NCBI GenBank assembly: GCA_043812915.1
Contig: JBDRLQ010000020.1
Span: forward strand, 23,109 to 87,108
Reading direction: 5' to 3'
Length of the DNA stretch: 64,000 bases
Source of the DNA: Candidatus Micrarchaeota archaeon
GTDB lineage: Archaea > Micrarchaeota > Micrarchaeia > Anstonellales > Bilamarchaeaceae
Both the position numbers and the translations under genes were made by a program. Positions 36,811-47,467 of the stretch are shown one piece after another; within the stretch, counting starts at the first letter, position 1; each line of letters opens with the position of its first letter. The notes beneath the pieces were generated by a model. It made no database searches. It was not told the origin of the DNA and worked only from the letters and a program-made list of their open reading frames with translations.

Positions 36811-38679
36811 ATGAGAATTCTTGCAGTCCATTCGGATTACATCGAAGTAGAGCAGATGAAGAAGGCTATCAAGGACGCTGAGGAAGTCAGCAAGCCCAAA
36901 GAGCGCTATGAGGAAGTGCTTGTCGTCTTCACTGCTGTTGAGGAGGGGGATGAGGATGTCGCGGCAGTTGCCGAGAGCCTGCGAAAAGAATCCGCAGCAA
37001 TCGCCGGGCAGGTGAAGACAAAGACGATTCTTCTTTATCCGCTTGTGCACCTGACTTCCAAGCCATCTGCCCCCAGAGTGGCGCAGAAGGTAATCCAGAA
37101 AGCCGAGGAGCTCCTCAAGAAGGACGGCCTGGAAGTATCGCACTCCCCTTTTGGCTGGTACAAGGGATACACGCTAAAATGCAAGGGCCATCCGCTATCC
37201 GAGCTCTCAAGGGAGATTCATGCCCTTGGAAGCGTGGATGTGAAGCCCTCGGATATCGAGGAGGTATCAAAGAGCCTGAGGCAGGAGAACGCCCTAAACA
37301 GCAAATTCTACATCCTTGATTTGGACGGCAAGCTCCATGAAATCGACAAGTTCAATTTCAAGGATTATCCGGACCTGAAGAAATTCGCGATTTATGAGAC
37401 CCGGAAGGTGCGCGCCTATGAGAAGGAGCCGCCGCACATCAAGCTGATGAAAGGCCATGACCTCATCGACTACGAGGAGGGCTCAGACCCTGGGAATTTC
37501 AGGTTCATGCCAAAGGGCAAGCTGATAAAGGACATCCTGGAGACATCAATCACAGATGTGTGTGTCGGCGCTGGGGCCCTGGAAGTGGAGACCCCAATCA
37601 TGTATGATTTTGAGCATCCGACGCTCAAGAAATACCTGAACAGGTTCCCGGCAAGGCAGTATGTCGTCCTCAGCGAGGACAAGAAACTCTTCCTAAGGTT
37701 CGCAGCATGCTTCGGGCAGTTCCTGATGGCTCATGACATGGTGATGTCCTACAAGCAGCTGCCGCTCAAGATGTATGAACTGACCCGGTACAGCTTCAGG
37801 AGGGAGCAGAGCGGCGAGCTGGCCGGCCTCAAGAGGCTCAGGGCTTTTACGATGCCCGATATGCACACGTTTGCAGCGAACATCGACCAGGCCAAGGCTG
37901 AATTCGAGAAGCAGTTCTACATGGGCCTTGACTGGCTGGCGCCACTGGGCCTTGAGACCGAAGTCGGATTCAGGGTGCAGGAGGACTTCTTCAATGAGAA
38001 CAAGGACTGGTACCTGAAGATGGTCAACTCGGCTGGCAAGCCGATTCTTATCGAGATGTTCAAGGAGAGGTATGCCTACTTCATCACAAAATTCGAGTTC
38101 AACTTCGTTGATTCAATGGACAAGGCGAGCGCGCTCACCACGGTGCAGATAGATGTGGAGAACGCGGAGACATATGACATCAACTACGTCGACGCTGACG
38201 GTGAGAAAAAGAAGCCGTTCATACTCCATGCATCAATCAGCGGAAGCATCGAGCGTGTCATCTACGCGCTGCTTGAGAAGGAGGCTATGAAGATGGAAAA
38301 AGGGGGCAAGGCGATGTTCCCTGTTTTCCTTTCACCGACGCAGCTCCGTTTCATCCCGGTTAGCGCTGAGCAGAAGGAATACGCCAAGGGCCTGATGAAG
38401 AAGCTCTTTGGCAGGAATATCCGCGCTGACATTGACGACCGGGACGAGACCCTTGGAAAGAAGATTCGCGAGGCCCAGAAGGAATGGGTGCCATTTATCG
38501 CAGTTGTCGGTGACAAGGAGATGAAATCCGGGCGCCTTTCAGTGACCATAAGGGAATCTGACGAGAAGAAGGACTTGGAGCTTGAAGAGCTTGCGGGCAT
38601 GATAGAGGAGCAGGGAAAGGGCCAGCCATTCGGGAAACTGTCGCTGCCCCAGGAGCTCTCAAAGAGGCCAATCTTCTGA
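36811..38679 (+). CDS. thrS: Threonyl-tRNA synthetase, archaeal type with editing domain
   Basis: MRILAVHSD, PFGWYK...CKGHPLSELSR, LRFAACFGQF, FRREQSGEL. Confidence 0.97.
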   Translation: MRILAVHSDYIEVEQMKKAIKDAEEVSKPKERYEEVLVVFTAVEEGDEDVAAVAESLRKESAAIAGQVKTKTILLYPLVHLTSKPSAPRVAQKVIQKAEELLKKDGLEVSHSPFGWYKGYTLKCKGHPLSELSREIHALGSVDVKPSDIEEVSKSLRQENALNSKFYILDLDGKLHEIDKFNFKDYPDLKKFAIYETRKVRAYEKEPPHIKLMKGHDLIDYEEGSDPGNFRFMPKGKLIKDILETSITDVCVGAGALEVETPIMYDFEHPTLKKYLNRFPARQYVVLSEDKKLFLRFAACFGQFLMAHDMVMSYKQLPLKMYELTRYSFRREQSGELAGLKRLRAFTMPDMHTFAANIDQAKAEFEKQFYMGLDWLAPLGLETEVGFRVQEDFFNENKDWYLKMVNSAGKPILIEMFKERYAYFITKFEFNFVDSMDKASALTTVQIDVENAETYDINYVDADGEKKKPFILHASISGSIERVIYALLEKEAMKMEKGGKAMFPVFLSPTQLRFIPVSAEQKEYAKGLMKKLFGRNIRADIDDRDETLGKKIREAQKEWVPFIAVVGDKEMKSGRLSVTIRESDEKKDLELEELAGMIEEQGKGQPFGKLSLPQELSKRPIF

Positions 38680-38696
38680 TTAGTTGAGGAATATAC

Positions 38697-40493
38697 ATGC
38701 CTGAAGGTCCCCAGAAGCCCGGCCTGCGTATACTTGCCCACGACGGCAAGAACCTACGCACGGACAAAACTATCGATGCGCGGGAGCTGCGGGGGATGCG
38801 GGGCAAGAATCTTCACCAGCTCACCGTGGAGAGCCTCCCGCAGGTTGAGCAGAAATTCTACCAGTCCCTGGGGAAGTCCGAGATAACCGCAATTGACGGA
38901 GTTTCAAAGGATGATTCCGCAGGCTGGCAGGGATATATCGCCTACATCAAGGACGGCAAAGTTATGGAGATGGGCCTCCCCCACGTCACAAGGGGCGGGG
39001 ACGAGCATTTCCTCCCCCTTGAGAATATCACCATCGGGGATTTGGCCGCAATGATAGATTCCTTGCCCGCAGGCGTGGAGATTGCCCTCATCTGGCGCCT
39101 GGACCGCGATATGACAAAGGACATCCAGATACAGGGCAATTCCCTGGTCTATTCGCTCTCATCGGTCCACCAGCCGGCAAACGATGTCCTGGATTTCAGC
39201 CTTCTGGACCAGAAGCCGGCGGTAGGCTGCGGCGGCGCTATGGGCAAGGACATCATAGTCGAGATGGCCGAAGTGAAGCTCTACTGCGGCGAGGATGACG
39301 ATCCTATCAGGCTAAACCTGATGGCGGGAATTCCGCCACCAGAATCATTCTCGTTCGACTGTTTCGATTCTCCCAGTTTCTTCCAGCCTCTCCAGCAACA
39401 CCGCAACCCTGGCTCTCAGGCAGAGCGCCAGGCAATGGACAACTGCATGCAGGTGGCCGATGCGCACTGGCAGAACGGCAGGATTCATACGATGGATGAC
39501 CATTCGGCTAATCTGTATGTCAAGATAACTCTGGTTAAGCCCAGGCAAAATCTGCTTTCTTCCTGCATGGACGGAAAACCTGAAAGCGCCCCTCTTCAAA
39601 CCTGCGGCAGCCCTGTTCTGAAAACAGTCTCGGAGGCTATCCGGGAAAATCCGATAATCAGCCTGCTGATGAATCCGTCTGAGAGGAGGCTCTGGGGGAA
39701 GCTGTACGGCCTTCCTGAAGAAGCGGAGGCGGGAGACTCCAGCCTCAAGGGGCAGGCTGCAGGTTCGGTAATCCAGGGCACTGCCCGCCTCCCTGAAATG
39801 AGAACTGGCGGGACAACCTGCTTTGCAATGAAAGTTCCTGCGGCAAAATCCGCTTCCAGCAGAACTTCCGAGCCTTTCTTTTCGGCGAAGCTGCGGCCCA
39901 TGGGCGCCCCTGCCACAATCCCAGAGGTCCAGGAGCTGCCCGCGCCCCAGAAGCCCCTTGCAATGAAGGCGCCCAGATTATTCTTCATCTTAGCCAAGCA
40001 GCCGCGCATCATGCAGAGGGCAGAACCGGTTAAGGCTGCCAAGCAAGGAGAAAAGCCTCCTGCTTCGCTCAAGCCTGAGCCTTCTGTAAAAAAGAAGAAG
40101 AGCGCCTCAAAGCGCAAGGCGCTGCCCAAGCTGAAAGCTGAGAAGAAAGCCGCTCCGAAGCGAATGATGGGGCCGCAGGCGGACCTTCCAAGAAAGAAGG
40201 GGAAGCCCAGGAGAAAGGCAACTGCCCCCCCTTCCATTGTTGGAGTCTCCAAGCTGGAAGCGGGGCCAAATGCGAAGGTGCGCAGGAAGGAAACAGCCCG
40301 CAGGGGTACAGCTGCAGAAGCTGCCAAAGCGACAGGGAAGAAAAAGAAGGCGGCTGCGGCCCGCAGGACAAAGACTGAGCGGAAAAAAGGGAAGAAAAAG
40401 ATGAATCCTTATTATATGAATGGGATGCTCGGCCTTCACCCAAAGAAGAAAAAAACTAAGGGGCGAAGAACCAGGGCAAGAAGTTCAGGATGA
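38697..40493 (+). CDS. Hypothetical protein with DUF4430-like N-terminus and very Lys/Arg/Ala-rich C-terminus
   Basis: EITAIDGV...AGWQGYI resembles DUF4430; basic low-complexity tail. Confidence 0.6.
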   Translation: MPEGPQKPGLRILAHDGKNLRTDKTIDARELRGMRGKNLHQLTVESLPQVEQKFYQSLGKSEITAIDGVSKDDSAGWQGYIAYIKDGKVMEMGLPHVTRGGDEHFLPLENITIGDLAAMIDSLPAGVEIALIWRLDRDMTKDIQIQGNSLVYSLSSVHQPANDVLDFSLLDQKPAVGCGGAMGKDIIVEMAEVKLYCGEDDDPIRLNLMAGIPPPESFSFDCFDSPSFFQPLQQHRNPGSQAERQAMDNCMQVADAHWQNGRIHTMDDHSANLYVKITLVKPRQNLLSSCMDGKPESAPLQTCGSPVLKTVSEAIRENPIISLLMNPSERRLWGKLYGLPEEAEAGDSSLKGQAAGSVIQGTARLPEMRTGGTTCFAMKVPAAKSASSRTSEPFFSAKLRPMGAPATIPEVQELPAPQKPLAMKAPRLFFILAKQPRIMQRAEPVKAAKQGEKPPASLKPEPSVKKKKSASKRKALPKLKAEKKAAPKRMMGPQADLPRKKGKPRRKATAPPSIVGVSKLEAGPNAKVRRKETARRGTAAEAAKATGKKKKAAAARRTKTERKKGKKKMNPYYMNGMLGLHPKKKKTKGRRTRARSSG

Positions 40494-41604
40494 ACGATAT
40501 CAGCGTTATTATCATAATCGCCTTTACCAGCTTCTTATTCCTCATGTTCAGCTCAAGCACCCTGTATCCGTCAAAGAACGGGAGGGGCAAAAGGTTGACC
40601 GTCCCGATGATGAAATTCAGCGAGAATGCCAGGCCGAATGTTATCACGAGGAACCTTGACAAATCCCCCAATATTGCAATGTCCAGCAGGCCCAGCGCGT
40701 CTGTCGCGAACAATACGCCCATGAACAGGAAGAAGAATATGCAGCTTGTCGCCAGGTTCGATGTGGAGCCTGCTATGAGGACCCGCGTCTGCTTGACCTT
40801 CTCCAGCTTGGCAAGCTTTTTCTCATCCGGCTCCACGAATGCCCCGATCGGGATAATCCCGAAGAGCACTATGCCCGAGGAGAGCACCGGAATCTTCCCA
40901 ATCCTCGAGAGGATGGCGTGCGCGCCCTCATGAACGATGAGGATTATCAGCAGGGCAAGAACCCCCTCCACAAACGGCAGGTTCACTCCCGGAAGGAGCA
41001 AGGTTCCCCCAGGCTCAACGTCAGGTGGAATGCCGGCTCCATCAAGGAAGCTCAGAACAACCGCGCTCAGGACGTAACCCCCGTAGCTTATTATGCTAAG
41101 AACAAGCATCAGGAAAAGCCCACCGAAAAGAAGTATCGCGGTAAGGATGATCTGGGCCGATGTGAGATCCACTCCAGTCTCGCCAACCTTATCAACCATC
41201 CCGGTTCCAAAAAGCTGGGACAGGAAAACCATGGCGGTGGGCATTACGAATGTCCATAAGAATGCAAGTGTCAGCAGGCCTGCCACCATGCTATCCCAGT
41301 TCATGTTCTTCCTCATCAGGAATATGCTGGATAGCCCGTATGCCATGCCGTTTCCGGCATCTGTGAAGAACTCCCAGAATTTCTGCTTCCTGGCAAGCCT
41401 ATTGATTGCCTCCAGCCCCATCTTGCTGCGGAGCATGATGAGCCCCATCTCATTCGGCATCTTGTATTTCCTTATGAAAATCTGCCCTACGATTATCATC
41501 TCTATTACTCCGAGGAAGAACTTCCAGAGCCCCGGAACCTCCAGTTGCAGTATGACGTAAAACAATGCCGCTGCAGCCATTACTATGAGTAGGAGTACAA
41601 TCAT
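40456..41604 (-). CDS. Site-2 protease (M50 family)
   Basis: HEGAH, GAFVEPDE, NLLPLPFFDG. Confidence 0.93.
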   Translation of the reverse strand: MIVLLLIVMAAAALFYVILQLEVPGLWKFFLGVIEMIIVGQIFIRKYKMPNEMGLIMLRSKMGLEAINRLARKQKFWEFFTDAGNGMAYGLSSIFLMRKNMNWDSMVAGLLTLAFLWTFVMPTAMVFLSQLFGTGMVDKVGETGVDLTSAQIILTAILLFGGLFLMLVLSIISYGGYVLSAVVLSFLDGAGIPPDVEPGGTLLLPGVNLPFVEGVLALLIILIVHEGAHAILSRIGKIPVLSSGIVLFGIIPIGAFVEPDEKKLAKLEKVKQTRVLIAGSTSNLATSCIFFFLFMGVLFATDALGLLDIAILGDLSRFLVITFGLAFSLNFIIGTVNLLPLPFFDGYRVLELNMRNKKLVKAIMIITLISFILNFLPWFFAP

Positions 41605-41658
41605 GGTGGGTGTATGACAGATGGGCTTTTTATAGCTATTTGAACTTAAAAATGAATC

Positions 41659-42147
41659 ATGGGAAAACTCAGTTGCGACATCTGCGGAAGGGATGATGTC
41701 AGGGCGGTTGTGCTCATTGAAGGGGCCAAGATGCTAGCCTGCGGCGGATGCATGCGCGGCGGTAAGGTGCTCCACAGGCTCACCGAGGAGGATGAGGGGA
41801 TGCCTGCAATCCAGATCAAGGAGAAGGCGCCCATGGGCGAGAGCCGCGATATCGTTGAAGGCTATGGCAGAATAATCAAGAACGCAAGGGACAAGGCGAG
41901 GATACCGGTTGCGGTAGTCGCAGAAAGAATCAGCGAGAAGGAGAGCTACCTGGATGCGATTGAGAACGGGCGGATTATGCCGACATTCCAGGTCGCAAGG
42001 AAGCTCGAGAAGGAACTTAAGGTGAAGCTTATTGAGGAAGCTGACCGCTCGGTCGGGACAAGCACCCCTGCTGCAACACAGAGATTTTCGGAGCCAACTC
42101 TGGCGGACGCCCTGCTGAACCAGAAAAGGAAGAAAAAGGAGAGCTGA
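41659..42147 (+). CDS. mbf1: Archaeal multiprotein-bridging factor 1 (Zn ribbon plus HTH)
   Basis: CDICG...IEGAKMLACGGC; HTH ending IENGRIMP; TLAD. Confidence 0.88.
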   Translation: MGKLSCDICGRDDVRAVVLIEGAKMLACGGCMRGGKVLHRLTEEDEGMPAIQIKEKAPMGESRDIVEGYGRIIKNARDKARIPVAVVAERISEKESYLDAIENGRIMPTFQVARKLEKELKVKLIEEADRSVGTSTPAATQRFSEPTLADALLNQKRKKKES

Positions 42148-42148
42148 G

Positions 42149-43189
42149 ATGGGCGTTGACATTGGCGATCTTGCCGTTAAGCACACAGTCTCTCTTCAGT
42201 CGCTTTCAGGCAAGGCCGTGGCAATCGACGCTTTCAATGTATTATACCAGTTCCTGGCCTCCATCAGGCAGGAGGATGGCACCCCGCTGATGGATTTCAA
42301 GGGAAGGGTAACAGCCCACCTCTCAGGCCTGTTCTACCGGACCTCCAGGTTTGTTGAGAATGGGATGAAGCCGATTTATGTTTTTGACGGGAAGCCCAGC
42401 CTTATGAAGGAGAAGACAAGGGCCGAGCGCTCTGAAATCAAGAAAATCGCCGAAGAAAAATGGAAGAAGGCGTTGGAGGACGAGAGGCTGGAAGATGCAA
42501 GGAAATACGCTGCCGGAACCTCAAGGCTCACGCCGGAGATGGTGGAGGAGTGCAAGGTGCTTCTGGATGGGATGGGAATCCCATATGTGCAGGCACCTGG
42601 TGAAGGGGAGGCCCAGGCCGCCGTCATGGTTGAGAAGGGCATTGCGTATGCCACTGCCTCGCAGGATTATGACGCGATGCTCTTTGGCTCTCCGATTCTG
42701 CTGCGCAACATCTCGATTACAGGAAGGAGAAAAGTCCCGAGGCAGGATCGGTACATCATGGTTGAGCCTGAGGAAATCAGGCTGCAGGAAACACTCCTGG
42801 AACTTGGGATAGACCGGAAGAAACTCATAATGCTAGGAATCCTCCTTGGGACCGATTTCAATGATGGCGTGCGGAGGGTAGGGCCCAAAACCGCAATCAA
42901 GATTGTGCGGGAGGTAAAAAGCCTCAAAGGGATGGCCTCATATGTGAAGGAGAAATACGATTATGAGTTCGATGTCGACCCAGAAGATGTGATGAATCTT
43001 TTCCTAAAACCGCATTATGCCCCTGTCCGGAAGAAGCTCAAGTGGGGGGACACAAAAAAAGACGATGTTATGAAGCTCCTCGTGGAGGAGCATGATTTCT
43101 CTGAGGAAAGGGTTGGGAGAACGATAGACGGCATGGTGAAGACAATGAAGGAGTCATCTGCCCAGAGCAAGCTCGGCGACTGGTTCTAG
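42149..43189 (+). CDS. fen: Flap endonuclease 1
   Basis: MGVDIGDL, YQFLASIRQ, EGEAQAA, GTDFNDG, PIP box QSKLGDWF. Confidence 0.97.
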   Translation: MGVDIGDLAVKHTVSLQSLSGKAVAIDAFNVLYQFLASIRQEDGTPLMDFKGRVTAHLSGLFYRTSRFVENGMKPIYVFDGKPSLMKEKTRAERSEIKKIAEEKWKKALEDERLEDARKYAAGTSRLTPEMVEECKVLLDGMGIPYVQAPGEGEAQAAVMVEKGIAYATASQDYDAMLFGSPILLRNISITGRRKVPRQDRYIMVEPEEIRLQETLLELGIDRKKLIMLGILLGTDFNDGVRRVGPKTAIKIVREVKSLKGMASYVKEKYDYEFDVDPEDVMNLFLKPHYAPVRKKLKWGDTKKDDVMKLLVEEHDFSEERVGRTIDGMVKTMKESSAQSKLGDWF

Positions 43190-43800
43190 ATATCCAGGAT
43201 TTTAGAAAGGTCCACGGTTTCCTGCCCGCCCTTCCTAATTATCTTCTTGTCAACCAGGTCAACGACTGATGAGTGGTACTTGTGCCTTGTCACCCCCTCA
43301 TCAATCGCGATATCCGCCTTTTCCATGACCTTGCGGCTGATGTCATCAAAAGTATATGGGGGCTCCTCTGTTGTAATATTCGCGCTGGTTGTCACAATCG
43401 GCTTCCTGCACGCCCCGCTCAGCTCATGGCAGAAAGTGGTATTCGGAATCCTCACCCCGAGCTTGAGATTATTGGTCACTGCCATCGGCCTGTGAAGCTT
43501 AAGCAGGAATGTATATGGCCCTGGGAGGTATTCCTTCAGGATTGCCTCCTGCCAGGATTCCATCTCGCAATATTCCTTAATCATGGGAATATCCGACATT
43601 ATGACCGACATGGGCTTGAATTCCTTCACCTTCTTGATGTCGTTTATTTTCCTGACAACGTCCATCGACATCGCATTCCCGCCTATCCCATAGAGGGTGT
43701 CGGTCGGATAGATGAGAATCCCGCCAGCTTCGACAACTTCCTTGGCCTGCTGTATGGTATCGCTGAAATTGTCGTTTGTCAGCCTGATTATCTCAGTCAT
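43186..43800 (-). CDS. tsaC: L-threonylcarbamoyladenylate synthase (TsaC/Sua5)
   Basis: YPTDTLYGIG, LPGPYT, GVRIP, TTSAN. Confidence 0.93.
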   Translation of the reverse strand: MTEIIRLTNDNFSDTIQQAKEVVEAGGILIYPTDTLYGIGGNAMSMDVVRKINDIKKVKEFKPMSVIMSDIPMIKEYCEMESWQEAILKEYLPGPYTFLLKLHRPMAVTNNLKLGVRIPNTTFCHELSGACRKPIVTTSANITTEEPPYTFDDISRKVMEKADIAIDEGVTRHKYHSSVVDLVDKKIIRKGGQETVDLSKILDI

Positions 43801-43804
43801 TCCA

Positions 43805-45310
43805 TCATCCCAGGTCCTTCTTAACCCTGTCCACCCCTAGGGCGAATATAAGCTTTCCGAGCCTCGGTCCCTTTTCCTTCCCAATCAGGGCGGTATAAAT
43901 ACCTGCGAACATCTCCTTGGGCTCCACTCCATGCGATTTGGCAAAATCGAATACCGCGTTGTGGATTGTGAGGGCATCCATGTCCGGTTTCAGGCCGGAT
44001 ACGAATTCCTTTACCAGTGCGCCAGCATCCTTGGATGGCTTGTAATCGCACCTGTAGTTCTCGGGCACGAAGCCGCTCTCCAGCCAGTGACTGATATATG
44101 GCTTCAGGTATTCCGTCCCCTTGGCATCGCCCAAAAGCTCCCCGACCTTTGCCCAGTCATGGTAGAGCTCGTAATAGAGCAGGATATCAAGGAACGGGGC
44201 GCTCCAGCCAATCCTGCCAGTGCTTAGCGAATATGCTATCGCCCTTTTCCGGTCAGAGCGTGTGATGCCCTCCTCTTTCGGGTCAATCCTGGAAGCCCCT
44301 TCGAAGTCCTCAATGGTGCGGAGGAGCTTTTCGGCGGTTGGATTGATGTCAACATTCTCCTCAAGGTCCGGCTTGAGCAGCATGTACTTGATTATCTCAG
44401 GGGGTATAAGCTTTATCACGTCGCTGATTCCCATCCCCTTGCCCTTTGACTTGGAGTATTTCTTCCCCTGGAAAAGGATGAACCCGTATCGGTAGGGGAT
44501 GTGGTAATCCTTCTTCATGAGCTTTAGCGTTATCGCCTTGCAGGTATCCTCAGAGCCGCCCTTGGTGTGGTGGTCTATCCCGGCCCCCTCAATGCTGCTT
44601 CCGAATATCTGCTTCCAGGCCGGCCAGTGCAGCCTCCACACAATCTTGTACTTGTGGTCGGCTATCCTGTTCTTCCCGCTGAATCCGCAGCCCTTGACGT
44701 ATTTCACGTCCTTGTCGCAGACGTACTCGTATTCCTCTCCATCCTGGGAGAGCACGCGCGTTGTCGCAATCTTGCCGCACTTCTGGCAGATTGGCATGAT
44801 GGGCGACCAGCCCTTCTTCTCCTGCTTCCCGCTGGTCTCCTCAACTATCTTCCTGGCCTCATCCTCGTGCTTCAGGAAGAACCTGGCCCACTCATCGAAT
44901 TTGCCGGCCTCGTAATACTCATTGATTCTGATTACCTTCGCATCAACCCCGAAGCGCTCCATCAGCTCCTTGGCCTCGTCAAGGTAGTGGTCACCGAAGC
45001 TCCTGCTCTTTCCTGTCGGGTCCGGGACATTGCAGAGCGGCTCACCCAGGTGGGGCTCAAGCTGCTCCTTGTACTGCTCCATTGAAAGCGGGACGGCATC
45101 GAACGCATCGAGTATGTCCGCGACAAAATAGTATTTGCATTCCTTGCCCCTATCCTCAATCGCCTTCTTTATCGCTGAGGGAAAAAGGAATTCGCACAAT
45201 GTGCCGTAATGCACAGGGCCCGAGGTGGTCATTCCTCCGGAAATGACATAGGGCTCCTTCTTCTCCTTTATCACACGCTCCGCTAACCATTCTGACCAGT
45301 GTTGATGCAT
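43805..45310 (-). CDS. lysS: Lysyl-tRNA synthetase class I
   Basis: TSGPVHYG, WRLHWPAW, KYSKSKG, GPRLG. Confidence 0.95.
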   Translation of the reverse strand: MHQHWSEWLAERVIKEKKEPYVISGGMTTSGPVHYGTLCEFLFPSAIKKAIEDRGKECKYYFVADILDAFDAVPLSMEQYKEQLEPHLGEPLCNVPDPTGKSRSFGDHYLDEAKELMERFGVDAKVIRINEYYEAGKFDEWARFFLKHEDEARKIVEETSGKQEKKGWSPIMPICQKCGKIATTRVLSQDGEEYEYVCDKDVKYVKGCGFSGKNRIADHKYKIVWRLHWPAWKQIFGSSIEGAGIDHHTKGGSEDTCKAITLKLMKKDYHIPYRYGFILFQGKKYSKSKGKGMGISDVIKLIPPEIIKYMLLKPDLEENVDINPTAEKLLRTIEDFEGASRIDPKEEGITRSDRKRAIAYSLSTGRIGWSAPFLDILLYYELYHDWAKVGELLGDAKGTEYLKPYISHWLESGFVPENYRCDYKPSKDAGALVKEFVSGLKPDMDALTIHNAVFDFAKSHGVEPKEMFAGIYTALIGKEKGPRLGKLIFALGVDRVKKDLG

Positions 45311-45324
45311 CTAATCCGTCCTCT

Positions 45325-46344
45325 CTATATCTTCTTCAGCTCTTTCCAGTAAGTATACCCATAAACAAGGACCGTACTGTTTAAAGCGGCTGTCATAAGT
45401 AGCTGGATAACCGCGCGGACAAGGACGCTCACTACCCCGAAGATAATCATGCTTGCGATAACCCCCACGGCATTCGCGCTGCCCGCCCCTGCAAATGCAG
45501 TTATTATGCTCCCGAACCTCAGGAACATATCCGTCACGAACATCAGGCCGATGAATGGCATGGCAATAACAACGGAAGCCACAATCATCACGATATCAAA
45601 GAGCAGCACGGATACCGGGCATTTCCGGGCAAGGGCATAGGAGCTCCCGAGCCCCTCTATAACTCCTGCTTTCCCGACAACAACTTCCCAGCACCAGAAC
45701 TGGGTGAGGAAGGTGTAGATGAGGACTGCAGCGCCCGTGAAGAATATGGAGAAGAGTATCCCAAGTGCCATTATATGGCTCTCCGCATTCATGGAGGCAA
45801 GCATCACCACGGCTGGGATAATCAATGCCACTATCCAGATTGCCGCGCTAGCTAGAATGATTTTCAGCACTGGGAATTTTATGCTGCAACAGAGCTCCCG
45901 GGTGCTGGTCCTCTTTTTCTTGAATCTTTCATCTACAATCAACATCGCGACCAGTGAGAGGGTCTTCGATATCCAGGCGCAGATGAATATTGAGAGGAAA
46001 AGCCACACTGCCAATCCGAAGAGCAGCGTATAATCATTGCCAATTGAGTTGAGGGTATTGCTGATGTTCCCAAGGTCCAGCAGCTTGTATCCCGCCGCCA
46101 GTATGGCTACTGCAGGTGGTATCATGAGCAAAATGAAAATGGCAAGGGGCACCAGATAAATCATAACCCCCAGGCGGAACATCCTCTCGAAAAGCCTTAT
46201 GAAGTTCCCCCTCACGAAATGGAATGTGGGGCAGATTATGTCGAAGGGGATATCGACGGTCCTGGTCCCTTTTTTCACTGAACACTTCAGGTCCAGGGGG
46301 GCATCGCCCTGCTTTTTCTCTTTTGGCTTTTTTTGGGCTGCCAT
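45325..46344 (-). CDS. Hypothetical multi-pass membrane protein
   Basis: About 6 hydrophobic helices. Confidence 0.7.
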   Translation of the reverse strand: MAAQKKPKEKKQGDAPLDLKCSVKKGTRTVDIPFDIICPTFHFVRGNFIRLFERMFRLGVMIYLVPLAIFILLMIPPAVAILAAGYKLLDLGNISNTLNSIGNDYTLLFGLAVWLFLSIFICAWISKTLSLVAMLIVDERFKKKRTSTRELCCSIKFPVLKIILASAAIWIVALIIPAVVMLASMNAESHIMALGILFSIFFTGAAVLIYTFLTQFWCWEVVVGKAGVIEGLGSSYALARKCPVSVLLFDIVMIVASVVIAMPFIGLMFVTDMFLRFGSIITAFAGAGSANAVGVIASMIIFGVVSVLVRAVIQLLMTAALNSTVLVYGYTYWKELKKI

Positions 46345-46418
46345 CGAAATCACCGAGATAAAACTGTATTCGGATAACCCCAAATAGCTTTATAAACGTA
46401 TTCAAACATACCTAATTC

Positions 46419-46534
46419 TGTCAGCGGTCATAGGAAAGGGGTCACACCTGATCCCATCCCGAACTCAGAAGTTAAGCCCTTTCACGGTGTTGTGTGTACT
46501 GCTCTACGAGCGGGAAAGCGCACTGCTGCTGGCA
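46419..46534 (+). rRNA. rrf: 5S rRNA (standalone)
   Basis: GCGGTCATAG...CACACCTGATCCCATCCCGAACTCAGAAGTTAAGCC; terminal helix TGTCAGC/GCTGGCA; TTTATAAA about 25 nt upstream. Confidence 0.95.
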
Positions 46535-46606
46535 TTCATACTCATTCTTTTAATTCCTCTTTTCAATGCAGATATTCTTAATAATCGTTATCGTGTATGA
46601 AATGTT

Positions 46607-47428
46607 ATGAAAGAAATTCCCTGCAAGCCTGTGGATGCCATAAATGATGCGGGATTGCTCTCGGAAATCAGGAAATACGAGGGCCAGTACCGATTCCGTT
46701 CTATAATTATCGAACTTGTAAACCTCCTTTTCTTCGCAATTTTATTTTTTATTCCTGTATCCGTAATCTTCCTTTATGGCCTGCCAATAATCAAAGAAGA
46801 TTTTGATGTACAGCTCCGGAGTTTTTTTCTGAGGCTTTTCGGCGGAGGCCTTTCAGATAGCCTTACTGATTTCCTTGGCTCGCTTTTCTTCGGAACAGTT
46901 GAAATTGCGTTTTTTTGCATTGCCATACTATTCATTTTCGGTCTTGCCAGTTGGCTCTGGAAATCAGCCAGAACGCTATTTCATAAGCATCCTATTGTTG
47001 CAGAGAATCTGATAATTACAGACAATGTTGATGAGGCGCGGGGCCTGTTGCTTAGCAGCCTTGCAGGCTATATCAAGAAACTGCTCGAAGCCAGCTGGAA
47101 TGGCATTTTTAGCAGAACGAAAAAGGCGGATTTTGACCAGGATTTCTATGATAGGCACCGGGATGGAGTTGTGATGGCCATTACCTCTTCCATGAAAATT
47201 CCCTTTACATCCGAGTGCAATAACAAAGCAGGGCGACCCCATGGTGGAAATGAGATTAAAGTTGAATTCAAAGAGGCCGGAGAACAATCTGTCCTTTTTG
47301 TCTTCAAGGTTGCTGCCTGTGCCAACGCAAGGGGATTGCCGGTTGTAATTGCAATATTTGATACTGAATATTTGGAAGAAATCAAAAGAAAGATAACATC
47401 GCTCTGCCCGTATTCTCTGCGTAGCTGA
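46607..47428 (+). CDS. Hypothetical membrane protein (AT-richer than neighbours)
   Basis: Two TM helices followed by a soluble domain. Confidence 0.65.
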   Translation: MKEIPCKPVDAINDAGLLSEIRKYEGQYRFRSIIIELVNLLFFAILFFIPVSVIFLYGLPIIKEDFDVQLRSFFLRLFGGGLSDSLTDFLGSLFFGTVEIAFFCIAILFIFGLASWLWKSARTLFHKHPIVAENLIITDNVDEARGLLLSSLAGYIKKLLEASWNGIFSRTKKADFDQDFYDRHRDGVVMAITSSMKIPFTSECNNKAGRPHGGNEIKVEFKEAGEQSVLFVFKVAACANARGLPVVIAIFDTEYLEEIKRKITSLCPYSLRS

Positions 47429-47467
47429 TGGAGTGCAATTTTAACTATTTTCCTAGTTATTAGACTT

